From the NCBI RefSeq assembly GCF_038025025.1, contig NW_027117338.1, positions 1,178,001 to 1,242,000 on the forward strand: a DNA stretch of 64,000 nt, read 5' to 3'. The stretch comes from Phyllosticta citribraziliensis. Taxonomy: Eukaryota. The position numbers and the translations under genes are program-made. The notes under the pieces were generated by a model. That model was not told where the DNA came from. It saw nothing but the letters and a program-made list of their open reading frames with translations, and ran no database searches. This document shows, piece by piece, positions 23,459-37,346 of this stretch (position 1 is the first letter of the stretch; each line of letters starts with the position of its first letter).

Positions 23459-26400
23459 GACCGGACACAAAGACGCCACTTACAGCGCGGATGCCCTGGG
23501 ATCCTCCTACCAGCAGTCGATGCCGAGGAGGGAGAGAGTTGTCTTGTAGGGCGTGAGCCACAAAGCAAGACAGGCGAGAGGGGTAGGGTCGAGCGAAGTC
23601 CTGCGGGGGGCTGCACAGTCAGCGACATTGTTCTCTTGGTGTGGATGGGTGATCGTGTCGGACGCGTGAAGGACAAAATTGGCCGGCCGAGGAATTGCGA
23701 ATCCTCGTCTTGGAGAGCTTTGACGGTGAGACTAGAAGCAATCCGGTACTCCTGGTTCTTGGACCAAGCGGAATGCAGGAGTGACCGAGACAAGACCCAA
23801 GACTTTAAGCCAGGAACACGGATAAAGGGATTCAACGCGCCACCCTCAAGAAATTCTTGCCCTTCAAAACCGAGCATGTCTTGGACCGAGAGATTACAAG
23901 TCGAAGACTGCCCAGGCTTGGAAGAATTCCGCAGCGCTCGAGGGCCAGTGTCTTCAGGCACGACCGCCCACTCTTGACGTGGAGGCAGCAGCTTGGCCAC
24001 TGCGAACCACGTGCAGCCGGCCGTGGGGCAAACAATTGTCTTGCACAGCATACGAATGTTCCGGTCCAGAGCACGTCGGTCGAAGGCGGCGGTGGTTCGA
24101 GAAGACGCAAAAGTCGTCGTGGTCGTCGGCGAAAGGGGAGATCCGAGGCATGGCAGAACAGCGGGTAAAAAAAGAAGGCCATGGACTTACCGTTGCACGA
24201 ACGCACGCGCACACGACAAGCAGTACAGAGTAAGAGGCACGCAGGCGGGGTGACCTCAGTCCGGATGAGGCGCGAGAGGGAGGAGGGAGTTGAGGCGGAT
24301 CGGTGTCGACGATGAGGTCCGGCTCTGCGGGTGCGTGGCGGTGTTAGGAGGACGCAGCGGAGAGAGTGTCGCAGGAGCGGAGGACGAGGACGAGGACGAG
24401 GACGGGAGGTGGGAGGATCTCGAAGGAAGCTGGGCTGGTGGTGGTGTTGCCGGATGGGGTGGAGGGGCAGAGTAGAGGGTCGGGACAGAAGAGACGGATG
24501 ATGTTTGGTCTTATGGGGCTGGAGGGAGGGAATGGTGCACGTACGTACCCCGTTGACCAGAACTTTGGCCGCTGAAGAGCCGACGGGTGAATGACGGCTC
24601 GAAGGCGAAGGGGGGAAGGAGAAGGGGGGAGGGGGGGAGAGGTGAGGTGTTGAGGTCTGGAGTGGACGAAGCAGAGACGGATGCTTCAGGGTAGAAGAAG
24701 AGCAGACCGGATGCAGAGTTGGCCATAGGCGGTTCCTTGCTCGCCCGCCGACAGCCAATCCCCGCAGGGCACAAGCGGCCGCCAGCGCCACTGGCCATGG
24801 CCATTTGCTTTTCCGCGACGCTCAGAAGGGCTCGTCCGCATGCAGCCAAAAATGCCAGCCAGTCGAGACGTGCCACTGCGCATCTGTGTATGTACCGTGC
24901 CTGTATCGCGCAGCTGCTTGCGTTGCACTCGACTGCAGTGGACAATTGACGAGAGCGAGCGCTCCTCACCGAGCCAGCGCCAGCGCCAGCGCCAGCCAGC
25001 GAGCCAAAGCGCCCAATCTCCGCTCCAAGGCTCACGGTCCATCCAGCTTTCTCACTCACCGTATCGCCACCACCCATGCTGATTTCTCGTTGCCCAATTG
25101 TGAATTGCCAGGCTGAGGGAACCCTGTGCGAGCCGCGAGCCGCCGCAGGGAGGACGCGGGTTTCGACACGGCAGCCCGCAACAGGCATAGCCATAGCCAT
25201 AACGTGTGCGCTGTCCCCGTCCCAGTCCCCGTCCCAGTCATTCCGCCTGCCTGCCTGCCTGCCCTTGGTTTGGTTCCTGTCTGTGAGGTGTGTTGCTCTA
25301 CAAGTCGTCATGGCATGGCATGGGTGCCGCTCGTGTCACATGAGATTTTATTTTGGCGAGGGTTTCAGCAGAAGACGCTGCCATGATGCCCTGGAAACGT
25401 GTGCTTGCAGATCGGTGCGGTGAGTCGACCTGAACGGCAGCTCTTCCGCCCACGAGAGTCCGCCCTTGCCTGCCTGTGGCCTTGAAGATGCAAATCCAGC
25501 TGATGTCACATCCACTCGACGACAGCCTCGCCTCTCTCAACCTGCCCTGTGCCTGTGCCTGTGCCTGCGCTGTGCTGTGCTTCTCCTGAGCACCGCAGCA
25601 CCACAGCTTGCTACTGCACGCAATAATCAACCGCCTGCAACCTCTTTGCCAAACGCGTCGCCCTCATCTCGCTCGCCCGTGAGTCGCGTCTACCATGCTG
25701 TAGCGGTGACGCTGACCTGACGGGCACGCCGGTCCAGTGGGACCCGGGCGACAAGATTCAACCCAAGAGGCTCCGCTCCGCCGTCCGCCTGCAGAGATTT
25801 TTTTCCTCAACCAACACGTCCACGTTTCTGTCCGTCTCCACTGCATCATGCGCAGCCTGACCTTGCCTTCGGCCTGCTCCAACAACGTCCATGGATGCCC
25901 CTCGCCTGATCCGCTTCTCGAAGGCAAACCCGCCGTCAGCCCAGCTTCGCATGTTGCCTGTTTCATGAAACAGTCTAGCTGGATCAGCCAAGCGTGGCAA
26001 GCCTGTAGCGACGTGGACAGAATTCAGCCTTTTCATCCCCGCCACCATGTCATTCTCCGCTCGACTTGGTGGGCCTGAACGGCACCGACTATTGTAAACC
26101 CACTGTCCGTACCGCCTTGCATTGCCCGTGGGCCGTCGCCTGCGAGCATTGGTGGCTCAATTTGCCCGAATCTCTTGCGCTGCGGAACGTGGCTGGACGC
26201 AAGCGCGTGAGCGACGAATCCATCGCGCCTCTGTCCGTCTGCGTCTTTGCGCGCCGTCTTATGCTCCATGCTTTTGCTCGAAAATAGCCATCGTCAATTG
26301 CCATTTCTTGCAAGATTAGGACTTGTGCAGTGACTGGAATATTTATATCCTCCCCCCCCAAATTCCGTCCCCAGAATTTTTGGGTCCGCGGGGCGGCTGC

Positions 26401-28121
26401 CGTCGCCGCCAATCATCTCTGCCTTGGCGCATCCGTTGCGGCAAGCCCCCAACTCATTCTCCACCAAATACTCCAGCCTGCCTTGCTCATCGCTGACATT
26501 TTAGCCTTCTGCCTTCGCATACCACTCCGGTAGCATGCGCCCGAGTCGACCAAGATTTTTCCACCCAAACCAACTGCGCCAGGACCCAACTCCTGTGCAA
26601 GTTATGAGTGCCGTCAGCCCTGCCAGTTTCACTACCAACGGGCTGCCATGGCCGACATCCCTGTCCCGAGGCTCATCACCATGACCTGAAATTTCATGCG
26701 CCCTCAATTCACTGCCCTACTGCGTCGCCAGCGATAGGCCTCAGCGGTCTCGAACAAAATCGGCAACAAACCTGGGCAGCATTCAAGGCCGCGCAACACC
26801 GTCGTCGCACCGCCTCTTGATTTCCCATTTCGATATCTTGCCCCACGTCAAGTCAGCCTCACGCAGCTATCGACCGTTGATCAATGCCCCAATCGCTCCA
26901 TGCCAGGGAGAGCCTCCATGTTCGAGTCTACTACGCGTCTTGCAGACCGGCCACTATCCTTGGACGTTGGCCCAGGCCGCAAAGATTGCGGGTGACGGCG
27001 AGCCGGAATCTAGACGTGGATTATGGCGATCAACTCAGGGTTTGCGGCCGCTGTCGGGATTTAAATGAAGCAAGCATCATCCTCTACCACCACGTTGGGC
27101 GCGAAGAGGGAAGCTCTACAGCGGCTGGCACGACGACGAGACGCGTTTCTGGTCGATGAGGGCGCTGTTCCCAGCAAGAGCCCGTCGAGTCGGTCGGTAT
27201 TGAGAAGAGCAGTCGGCCCAGGCGTGCTATCTCCGGCGGGACGAGCGGGATTGGGCACGGGATCACCTTGTTTCAGACGAGCTTCAACCCGTTGCTTCCG
27301 AGCCACTGAATCCTTTTGCGCCCGCGAAGCTTAAGCAATCAATATCAGGTCGGTTTTGCAGTCTTGAAGTCGCGTCGTTGCATGGTTGGTCGGACTCGAC
27401 AGCGTCAATGAGTCGTGGACATGCCTCCAGTCATTGCTCCTAAACGTTGTGAGCAAAGCCTCCGACAAAGGTGCAACTAGCGTGAGCAACGCCGTGAAAC
27501 TTCATACTAAAAGACTCTGCTCCAACCCAAAGCTGCGTCAGAGGCAACCATGGACTCATACTGCAGCCCGACAAGTAGAAGTCGGCGACACGGCTGTCTG
27601 GGATGCTCGCGCGATGAGTAAAAGGAGTTGCGAGGGCACGAATGACGTTGGTTTAAGCGCGGTCTTGGCCCTCGCTAAGACGACTAGCGCCAATCCAGGC
27701 CTATCGCGAAAGTCGTGGCGCGCCCGAGGCGGAAAGGGAGATATCGCAATGTTAAAGGAGCACTCACAAGAAGTTCTTGTATTGAATACAGCCAGTGATC
27801 AAATAACAGGTGCCGTCTTTATAGCTTGCCGTCAACTACGGAGCATTCACGCTCCAAACTATGACTACAGGGGCCAATCAGGTCAATGTCTGTGCCACGA
27901 CTTTTGGGTGTTCGGAATAACTCATGCCGATCGCCGAAGCGCTTGGACCCAGAGAATTTTTGGGAACATCATCTTTCCCTGCGCAGCCAGTCGCGAACTT
28001 TGTTGCGCAAGCGCGTCCAAAACACCATGTTCTGAGGACGCAACCACACCGAATTCCCACCAACCCAGACATCATCCTGTGAACCGTCTACCGACATCAT
28101 CGTCGCGCATCCTCAAAAACC

Positions 28122-30991
28122 ATGGAAATCCACCGCGCGCGCTTCGTGCCGTACCCGCCCTCCGCCATCAACGCCCTCGCCTTTTCATACTCTCACTCCA
28201 AAGAATTCGTTGGCAAGGGAGTCAGGAACCTCAGGCTGGCCATTGGTCGTGCAAACGGAAACATTGAAATATGGAATCCCAACAACGGAACATGGGTGCA
28301 TGAGTCTACGCTGAGCGGAGGAAAGGATCGGAGTGTCGAAGGCCTTGCATGGACGCAGGAACCAGACGAGGAGGACGAGAATGGCTACGTGACCGACGGC
28401 CGTCTACGCCTGTTCAGCATCGGATACTCGAGCACCGTTACCGAGTGGGACCTCGCCACCGGCCTGCCGCTGCGACACTCGTCTGGCAATCACAGCGAGG
28501 TCTGGTCCCTGGCTGCACAACCAAAGTGGAAAAAGAACTCAAAGAGCAGGGAGGGAGACTTTCGAGGACAGAATCTGGTGGCGGGATGCGCAGATGGCAC
28601 GCTGGCCTTGCTTTCGACCGCCGATGACGATCTGAGATTCTCGAGATTTTTGACCAGGCCGACGGCAAGGAAAGCGCGAGTCCTGAGCGTCGTCTGGCAG
28701 AACCGGGATGTGGTGGTTGCTGGGTTCGCCGACAGTGCCATCAGAGTGTTTGATGCCAGAAACGGGGCGCTGCTCAGGAACATTACCCTTGGTGCTCCCT
28801 CACTTGGTGGTCCGCGCGAGATCCTGGTCTGGACAGTCAAGTGCCTCAACAACGGCGACATTGTGGCTGGCGACTCCACCGGCGAGGTTCGATTTTATGA
28901 CGGCAAGAACTTTTCACAAATGCAACGCATTTCCGCACACGAAGCCGACGTCCTGGATATTGCAGTGAGCAAGGACGGCGACACCATCTTCAGCGGCGGC
29001 ATGGACAAGCGTACAGTGGCGTACACACTTTCCAATAGCCACCACGGAAACAGGAAGTGGGCAAAGATCGCCCACAGGCGGTACCACGACCACGATGTGA
29101 AGACCATGGCGACGTTTGAGAGCAGGTCGATGAGTGTCATGGTTTCTGGAGGTAAGGGCGAAGCCGCATCTTCAAGGTTCATGCTAAGTTTATGACAGGT
29201 CTCGACACTCATCCCATTATCGTGCCCATCCGCGAATTCGACACCGAGCACAGCCGCACCTTGCCTGCACTTCCGCAGTCCCCGCCCGTTATTAGTGCCC
29301 CTCGCGCCCGTCTCCTGGTCAGTTGGTGGGACCGTGAGGTGCGCATCTGGCGTGTGAAGAAGCGGGATGTCAGCAGCGAGACGCCCAAGCTCGTCGCCCG
29401 CCTGGCCTTGAAGGGCGAGGAAAACATCAATTCGGCATCCATCTCCGAGGACGGAAGCCTCTTGGCTGTGTCCACATCCGCCGGGGCCAAGGTATTTCAG
29501 CTGTCGTCACGGAAAGCCCAAAACGAAAGGGGTCTTCGTGTCCGCAAGCTCGGCACCCCGCCGTTGGCTGAAGGAACGGGCGCACGTTTGGTGCAACTGA
29601 GCCCCAATGGCAAGTGGCTGGCCATGGTCACGCATGAAAATGAAATTTGCCTTGCTCGCCTAGCGATGGACGAGGAAGACGGCAGGTGGAAACTTGTCCC
29701 TCGCGTCGTCGAGCTCCACAGGTTGCACAACAAAGTGGACTACCAGAACTCACTCAATGGACACTGGGGCTCTTACGACCGCACAATCACCCGCATCGCC
29801 ATGACGAACGACGTGCTCGTCGTCAGCGACATTTCCGGATGTATCGACAGCTGGGTCGTCGAAGGCAACGAAGACATGACGGCTCCAGAGGTCGATTGGC
29901 CCGAGACTGACGGTGCTGGAAACGCTTCGTCTGACGACGAGGATGACGGTGATGAAGACGAAAGCCGACCAGTAGTTTTCTACGGGCAACACTGGATTCG
30001 CAACCCTGCGGGGCATTTGCTGCCGAAGCTGGATTCGTCAGCCCTCGTATTATCCTTCAGACCAAGCGACAATGCCGAAAGCCAGGCAAACGGAAATCCT
30101 GCCGTCCATCCCACCAGGAGCAACCCGCATGCCAACTCGCACAAGCTGCCAAGCGGCGATCGTCGGTTGCTGGTCGTAACGGCGCAGCACCAGATTTACG
30201 AATTCGACGTGCTCCAAGGCCGACTGACAGACTGGTCAAGGAGGAACCCAGCCTCCGAGTTCCCGTCCGAGTTTAGGGGGGTACGAGACAGGACGATGGG
30301 GTGCCTGTGGGACGTTCATGATGAAAGGCGGCAACGTTTGTGGTTGTACGGCAGCAACTGGGTCTTCATGTTCGACCTCGCAGCCGACTTGTGTGCGCGG
30401 CCGGCGGCAGAGGTCGCCGATGGTGCCACAAACGACGACGCGGAGACACCAATGAAGAAACGCAAGCGAGGGCTGGAAGAGGATCCTCTTCGCAAAAAGA
30501 CCAGCGGCGCAGGCAGCAAGATGCCGGCACGGGAGCTCGAAGGTGCGGGACGCAAGTACCGCAAGATTACGGGTGCCGACGCGTCGTCTTGGGTGAGCGT
30601 GGACAAGGCTCGCAGTAGCCCGGCGACGGCAGCGGATGGCGAGGCCGAGGACGAAGCCGAGCAACAGCAAGACGACTCGACGACGACGGCCTTGGCTGCG
30701 CTGCGACGAGGCGTCTCGGAGACGAATGGCGACGAGGTCGACGATGCTGCCCAGAACGGGCCGCAACGGCGTACGCATTGGCACACTTTCAAGTACCGCC
30801 CGATTCTTGGCCTGGTGGCCATCAGCCACCCTGATGACAGGGCCGATGCCGACGCGGACAAGACTGGCGCGGGCGGAAAGGCGGCGGACGCGCCAGCGTC
30901 GGCTCCTCTGCCACTCGAGGTGGTGCTCGTGGAGAGGCCGTCGTGGGATCTGGACCTGCCGCCCAAGTTTGTCGGCGTCCACGAACGATGA
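28122..30991 (+). CDS. UTP4: U3 snoRNP/SSU processome WD40 protein Utp4, exons 28122-29151 and 29199-30991; 940 aa
   Basis: MEIHRARFVPYPPSAINALAFS, LAIGRANGNIEIWNP, RLFSIGYSSTVTEWDL, HDHDVKTM and C-terminal KYRPILG...LVERP. Confidence 0.93.
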
Positions 30992-32627
30992 GGAGATCAT
31001 GGCAGCTCAAGCGCACGGGAAAAAGGGCGTCTATCTTGGGCGTGGTCCGCGTGGTCAATCTGAAGAGAAGTGTGGGGATGTTGCCGGGCTCTCGTCATCA
31101 TCCATGACTTCATCATTGTGTCGCATCTAAGTAGGGAGCCCTGTCAGGAAGCGGCCATAGTGGAGCGGGAGTTTTGAGACATGGGGATCAAAAAGTTGAA
31201 TGTGCTTCAATGGATGTACTGCATAGAATCGTGAGCATTTTCGGCGCATAGGAAAAGTTGGATTTCTCCACTGAACAATCACTTGGGGGCTGGCGTGCAG
31301 TACGTGTACGGGGTCGCAATCAAGCAAGCGTCGTGGCATATCCGTGCCTCCGAGGCGCGAGTCGACTTTGAGCCGGTGAGAGATGGACGACAGGTGTTGT
31401 GTTTGCTGTCGGGCAGGTTGCGATTGCAGGAGACGCGTAAGCGACCAATCGAGGGTCTGCAAAAGGGTGTCCCGAGGACAAAGCAGAGCATGATGGCGGA
31501 CCGACCACATTGAGGCCTTGGTGTTTGTACGTATCCAATGGTCAGGCGGTCAATGGGCCAAGGCAGAAGACATGGATGGACGCGTCGTTGTGGGGAGCAG
31601 TGATTGAGATGGCCTTAGCTAAGCAGCGTGTGGTTGGTCTGGGCTAGCGCAGAGTTTACAAAGTGCGGCCTTTTCCGCTTGTGGTCGGAGAAGAACGAGT
31701 GAGGTGGGGACCTGACCTGACGGAGATCACGACGGTCGGCCACACAGGCAGAGTCGAGTCCATTTTTCAATTTTTATTTTTTTCTGGCCTTCCGCGTGTA
31801 GCGCAGCGCGCGGCGCAGCGCGCGGCACAGAGTTCAGCGCAGCGGCGAGCGGGACGAGCAAACACAGTCGTCGCCATCAGATGGATGCGGATGATGCGTC
31901 GCTCTATATAGCACGCGTCAGTCTTTGTGGGGGAGTAGCAGACGCTGGCTCCTTGGAACGACGCGCAATTGCGAGGCTGACGCGCGGCCCCCCAGAGCGA
32001 GAGCCCAGGGCAGAGAGGCCCTGGACCGCGGGCGGACGGGCGCCCAGCGTCGGGTAGGGGAACAAGCAGCAGCGACAAAGAAGACGAGGAAATGGTCGAC
32101 GCTGGCATTTGCATCGTCAAAAGCGCAGCGCCCGTGGATGTCGCAATTCGGGCGCTGCGTACTCCGAGCACCTCAGAGAGTGAAGTGAGATTGGAAGGAG
32201 TGCGTCGGCCTCTCTGGGCAGCGACGTTGGAGGCGAGCTTGCGCTGCTGACGACGGCCGTCATTGGCTGCGCTGCCAGGCGCTGACGACGCTCGTCGCTC
32301 TGCCCTACCGACGCTTGCGCAGCTCGCCGACACTGCGAATCCCTTGACACCTCATCCTCCGTCCATCTCACCTCTCTCTTCTCCAACCTCCACCACCTAT
32401 TACTTACCCCAGCGACCCCGACTCTCCTCCTGACCCTCCATTTCGACCTCATCGCCGTCCCCGTCTCCGTGACCCGTCCCTTCACCCAAGACCCCCGTGC
32501 ACTGGCCCGCCGCTGGTGGCTCCGTCGACCGGGCTGTGCAAGACGCAACACTACTGCCGCCGCACCCTGCCTCACAACCACTCCAACTCCACCACGACGC
32601 GCCCGACGACTCTTCTCCAACACCACA

Positions 32628-34042
32628 ATGGCCGATGCGACCCCTTCCCGCCGGGCGCATGGCCCCTCGCCCATGGACGAACAAAAGGCACGAGAGTTGA
32701 CGGACCGCTTCCGTCAAGTCTTGAGCACCAAGCGCATGAACGAACTGAGCAGTCGCTCTCGCTCCGCATCCCCCGCTCCCTTCAACGCTGCTCTTCCTCC
32801 CACCAACGCGCCGCCTCCGTCGTATAGCTCGAGCATCCGCAATATTCCTCTTGTGCCCAGGCCGCCCTCGGACGCCCGCTCCATGCGATTCAAGAACATG
32901 CTGCTTTCTCTCTCCAACATGCCCGTCAAGTGGGAGAATCCCGGTCTGCTGGACGAGGCACTGAGGGTGATTCCGTTGGATCAGATCTACGGCGAGGCCG
33001 AGGAGGAAAGCCAAATATTCAAGGCCGAGGCCGAGTCGCTCGGCGCTGGCAAGAAGCCCGCCTGGGGTTACCAGGACTGTGTCATCCGTGCGCTGCTGCG
33101 ATGGTTCAAGAGATCTTTCTTTACATGGGTCAATAACCCGGCATGCCACACTTGCGGCTCTCCGACCATTGCCGTCGGCTTGGCTGCTGTCCTCCCCGAC
33201 GAGCAGGCGCGCGGTGCCAGCCAAGTCGAACTCTACCGTTGCTCCCTCGACCAGTGCGGCACCTATGAAAGATTTCCTCGCTACAACGACGCCTTTGTGC
33301 TGCTCCAAACCCGGAAAGGTCGTGTTGGAGAGTGGGCAAACTGCTTCAGCATGCTTTGCCGCGCCATGGGCAGCCGTGTGAGATGGGTCTGGAACTCTGA
33401 AGATCACGTCTGGACTGAAGTGTATTCGTCGCACCGGAGAAGATGGGTACATGTCGATGCTTGCGAGGAATCCTGGGATAAGCCTCGCCTCTACACTGAA
33501 GGTACGTCTGGTTCATGTCAAGCTCTCTAGGTCAATGCTAACTATGCACAGGCTGGGGCAAGAAGCTTGCGTACTGCATTGCCTTTTCCGCCGATGGCGC
33601 CATGGATGTGACAAGAAGATATGTGCGCACTGCAAGATTTGCAGCCGAGCGCAAGCGGGCACACGAGTCGGAGTTGCTCTACATCATGAACGAGATTCGC
33701 GCATCGAGAAGATCAAAGCTCACCAAGAACGACAAGTTCCGTCTCGAAGGCGAAGACATGGCTGAGGACCGGGAGCTGCGACGCTACGTCGCTCAGCAGG
33801 TGGCCTACGAGATTTGCAAGCTCAACCCCGAAGACATTTTGCGCGGTGGTTCTGGAAGCGCGCGTCCCGACCCAGAGGCACAAAAGGCGGCAGAAGGCCG
33901 GCAAAACGGTAAGTTTCTATTTGGTCCACACACCAGTATCACATCTGACGTTGTTACAGGCTCTGCCGAGTGGATCAGGTCAAGAAGCGAAAGCGGAAGA
34001 CGATTCCAAAACGGTCCCCACGACCAACCCCCGCGGAGATGA
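32628..34042 (+). CDS. PNG1: Peptide:N-glycanase homolog (transglutaminase-like), catalytic Cys replaced by Val; exons 32628-33501, 33552-33908, 33960-34042; 437 aa
   Basis: [84 protein letters not shown]. Confidence 0.93.
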
Positions 34043-36284
34043 GTTGCAAAGATGTTGGACTCGTCTTGTTTCAATCATTCTCCCAACTGGCATCCTACAT
34101 CGGAGCCATGTGCAAACTCCAACACTGGGGGTGCGCAGAACCACAATCTTGTTTTGTGGACGACGTTGATCCCCACATCATGGACCGAGGGGACGATGCG
34201 TCGCCGCGAGACCAACATTTGGACGCACGCCTGATGTACCCCTAATTGAACCTTGGTTGCGTGACGAAGGTCGCAATTTCGGTTAGTCTGGCGTGTCGAC
34301 CCGACCTAATTTTGTCGCGTTGCGACGTCGACTGCCCCAGAAATTTCGTCTCTTGTCATTACATTCAGCAGCAGCGGTGGCCAAGTTTTGAACAAAATCA
34401 CCTTCCAAAAGCGACCAGCTGCCACGGCCGCCGCATTTTCTTTCTTCTCGACCCATCGACTCTGAAGTGGGTTTTTGGATCTTTTACTATTCTGTTTTTT
34501 TGCAATTGAGCACGGCGACGCGGCTCGTCTAGGGGGACAAATTTCCTTTGTCAGAACTGGAACTGGTCTCTATATTGGGGCGCTTGACCTGGTGGTCTCG
34601 TCGCGGAATCTGGAGTCGGAGTTTTGGGAGAATACCAGGGACATCATTTAGGACTGGGGTGGGCCCGGGCATGCTTTAGGGTGGACTCAAGAGGCGGTGT
34701 TTCTGCTTTGTCTATTTTCTTGTGTATTTGGATTTGGGGTGTGGCATTGTGCACAGGAGCACGATTGCGGTGGATAGTGTGTTCTGTTGGTTGTGTACGT
34801 ACGTGTGTGGGCGGAGGTACAGAGTCAGAGATGGCAAGGGGTCAGCACCTGTGCAGCTGGAAGACGACACTGGACAGACAGCAGAGCGAGGACGAACAAG
34901 TGCAGAGACGGAAGAATCGAACCAAACACGTGCAGCGCACTCCTCATGTGGGACGATGGTGGTGGTGGTGGTGACAAAGCACAGAGGTGAGACTTGTCGC
35001 AAATGGCGCAGCCTAGTTTCAACCTAGCCCCCATCCTGTAAACCTTTTTTTCGCTCGCTCCTCCTTCGAAGATCATGCCAAGCAGCGGAGGACGAAGGCT
35101 TAGAGAGAGCCCTAGGGCTGGGAGGGGGCTGACTGGTTGGGTGTCGTCGTCGTAGTGTAGGAGGCACAGAGGCTTTCTCTGGCTGGCTGCAGTCGAGTGG
35201 TCGTCCGGGCCATGCACCACGCGCCAAAAATAGCACAACCCTCAGGTCGCCCCCTCCACCACGCAGCGCTGATGACGAATCACTCTCTCTTGGCACCGGA
35301 CGCTTGGCGTCGAAGACCCTTTTTTCGGCTAGTTCGCATTTGTCAATCATTCGCTATCCACTGCCTCTCGGTCGTCGTCGACTCGTCGTCCGTATGAGAA
35401 TGCCGTGGGTTGGAGCCTTGTACCATCTACTTGAGCATGACTGATGACCCCCTTCTTCGCACCGATGGATGAACGGACGGATCGCTGGATGCGTCGTGAC
35501 CTCTGTGAATGACTGACTGACTGATACGCCGTGACAAGACTGCTGACGCCATGCGACAGATAATTCTGTTTCTCGACGGATGGCTGCGTGCAAGAAAGAG
35601 AAAAGCTTGGCTTGCCCCGACGCCGCGTGTGCAAAGACGAGTGAGACTATCTTGTGCGAGGGGAAGAGAAAAATTCTCAGCTCATGTTCGGCGGCCGACG
35701 CGCGTATGTGTGTGTCGCCGCAGCGAGTCGGGGCAGAGCAGTTTGCGCAGTTTGCTTGGGCGGGCGCAGCAGCAGAACCCCAGGATTGATCGACAGAAGG
35801 AATGGGACGTGAGCAGGGGATGGACGAGATTTTGTAGGCCCAAGAGTCCGTGCCAGGTGATGGATGCCTTGTCGCTGCGCGCTGCGTTGCCTTGGGGGGG
35901 CTCCCTCGGTCTCCTCTCTCGTCTGGTTGCAACAGCGGTACGTCACCGTCAACACAGCAGTGGCTGGCCCTGCCACACAAAGCTCCACGCACCGCACCGC
36001 ACCGCACCGCTGCGCCCCATTCCACTGCCTGCTCACTGGTCGGCTCACCGCTTGGAGCGCCCTGTCTGCCCGACTTGATAAAGAGAACTGCACGCCTCCC
36101 GTTGCCTTGAAACATTCATCCAGCTTCTGCTGTTCACCAACCAAATCTCCTCCCACCACCTCTACCTCCACCATCCAACAACCATCTTCTCCCTACCAAC
36201 AAATCCGGCTGCTACCGTCGCCATTACCGCAACCATCCTCTCCAGGAACCCTTCTGCTGCACCGTCCGTCGTCGTCGCCAAAGC

Positions 36285-37346
36285 ATGGGCAAAGTCGGTC
36301 GCGCGGCGTGCATCGTCACGCCCATGGCGCTGGCCATCGCCGCGCTGGTCTGTCTAGTTCTCGTCTTCCTCGGAAACAGCAAGAGTAGTTCGACACTGGG
36401 TGATCTCTACTTCTTGAAGGTGAGCAGCTAGCCCGGCTCCTCCTGGAGTTGCTCGAAAAATCAACAAATACTAAATCATTCGTATGGCAGGCCGATACGT
36501 CCGAATTTCGTTCTAATCCATTGAATATTTCCGGTGTCGATGACGAACTCTTGGCGGCACTCCAGACTACCGTGGATTCAGACCTCAAGGACATTTACAC
36601 AGTCGGACTTATGAACTATTGCGACGGCAACAAGAACTCGACAGGTGGTTACAAGTTGACCTACTGCTCGCCTCGTAAAAGCGCGTATTATTTCGATCCT
36701 ATCTCGACTTGGGGTCTGAACAACACCGCAGGTAAGTCTTGAGGCTTTCAAGAGCGCCGAACGGTCGTTAACAGCTGATTTAGTTGAAGGTTTGGTCCCT
36801 GATTCCCTCCAAAATGGCCTCAAAATATACCGAAAGGTCGCAAAGTGGATGTACGCGGCGTACGCGGTGGCGCTGGCCTGCAATGCCATCGAGATCGTTG
36901 TTGGAATTCTAGCTATATTCTCGCGCTGGGGCAGCTTCCTCACCACTTTCGTTTCGACCGCTGCCACTATCTTCACGGTCGCCGCTTCGGTCACTTCAAC
37001 AGCACTATACGTCACCATAATGGGCACCTTTAATTCAGCCCTGAAAGACTACAACATAAAGGCCAGTCTTGGCGGCAAGATGCTCGCCGTCACTTGGCTG
37101 GCCTCCGCTTTCGCCATCGGCGCCGGCCTCTTCTGGATGCTGAGCACGTGCTGCTGCTCTGGACGCTCCAGCGACAAGCACAACCGCGGCCGTGGACCCG
37201 TCGTCGAGAAGGCCCCTTACACGTACGAGCGCGTCAACAGCCCGTTCGGCACGTCGAACAACAACGCCACCAACAGCAACGTCCCGCTGCGCGACATGAA
37301 CGGTCAGCACACGGGCTACGAGCCGTACAGCCATCGCAACGTGTAG
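36285..37346 (+). CDS. SUR7/PalI-family (claudin-like) 4-TM plasma membrane protein, exons 36285-36419, 36491-36731, 36784-37346; 312 aa
   Basis: N-terminal TM MGKVGRAACIVTPMALAIAALVCLVLVFLG, loop motif YTVGLMNYC...C...FDP, three further TM helices and a Cys-rich STCCC segment. Confidence 0.85.

Noticed and set aside
23413..25423. Long ORFs (212-319 aa) upstream of the cyclin
   Set aside because: Low-complexity products derived from microsatellites such as (GAGGAC)n and (GCCAGC)n. Better explained as promoter/leader DNA.
27386..28267. 293-aa ORF overlapping the UTP4 start, and a GCGATGAG PAC-like motif at 27611
   Set aside because: The ORF has a non-ATG start, no motifs and is out of frame with UTP4. 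A single PAC match ~500 bp upstream is not distinguishable from chance.
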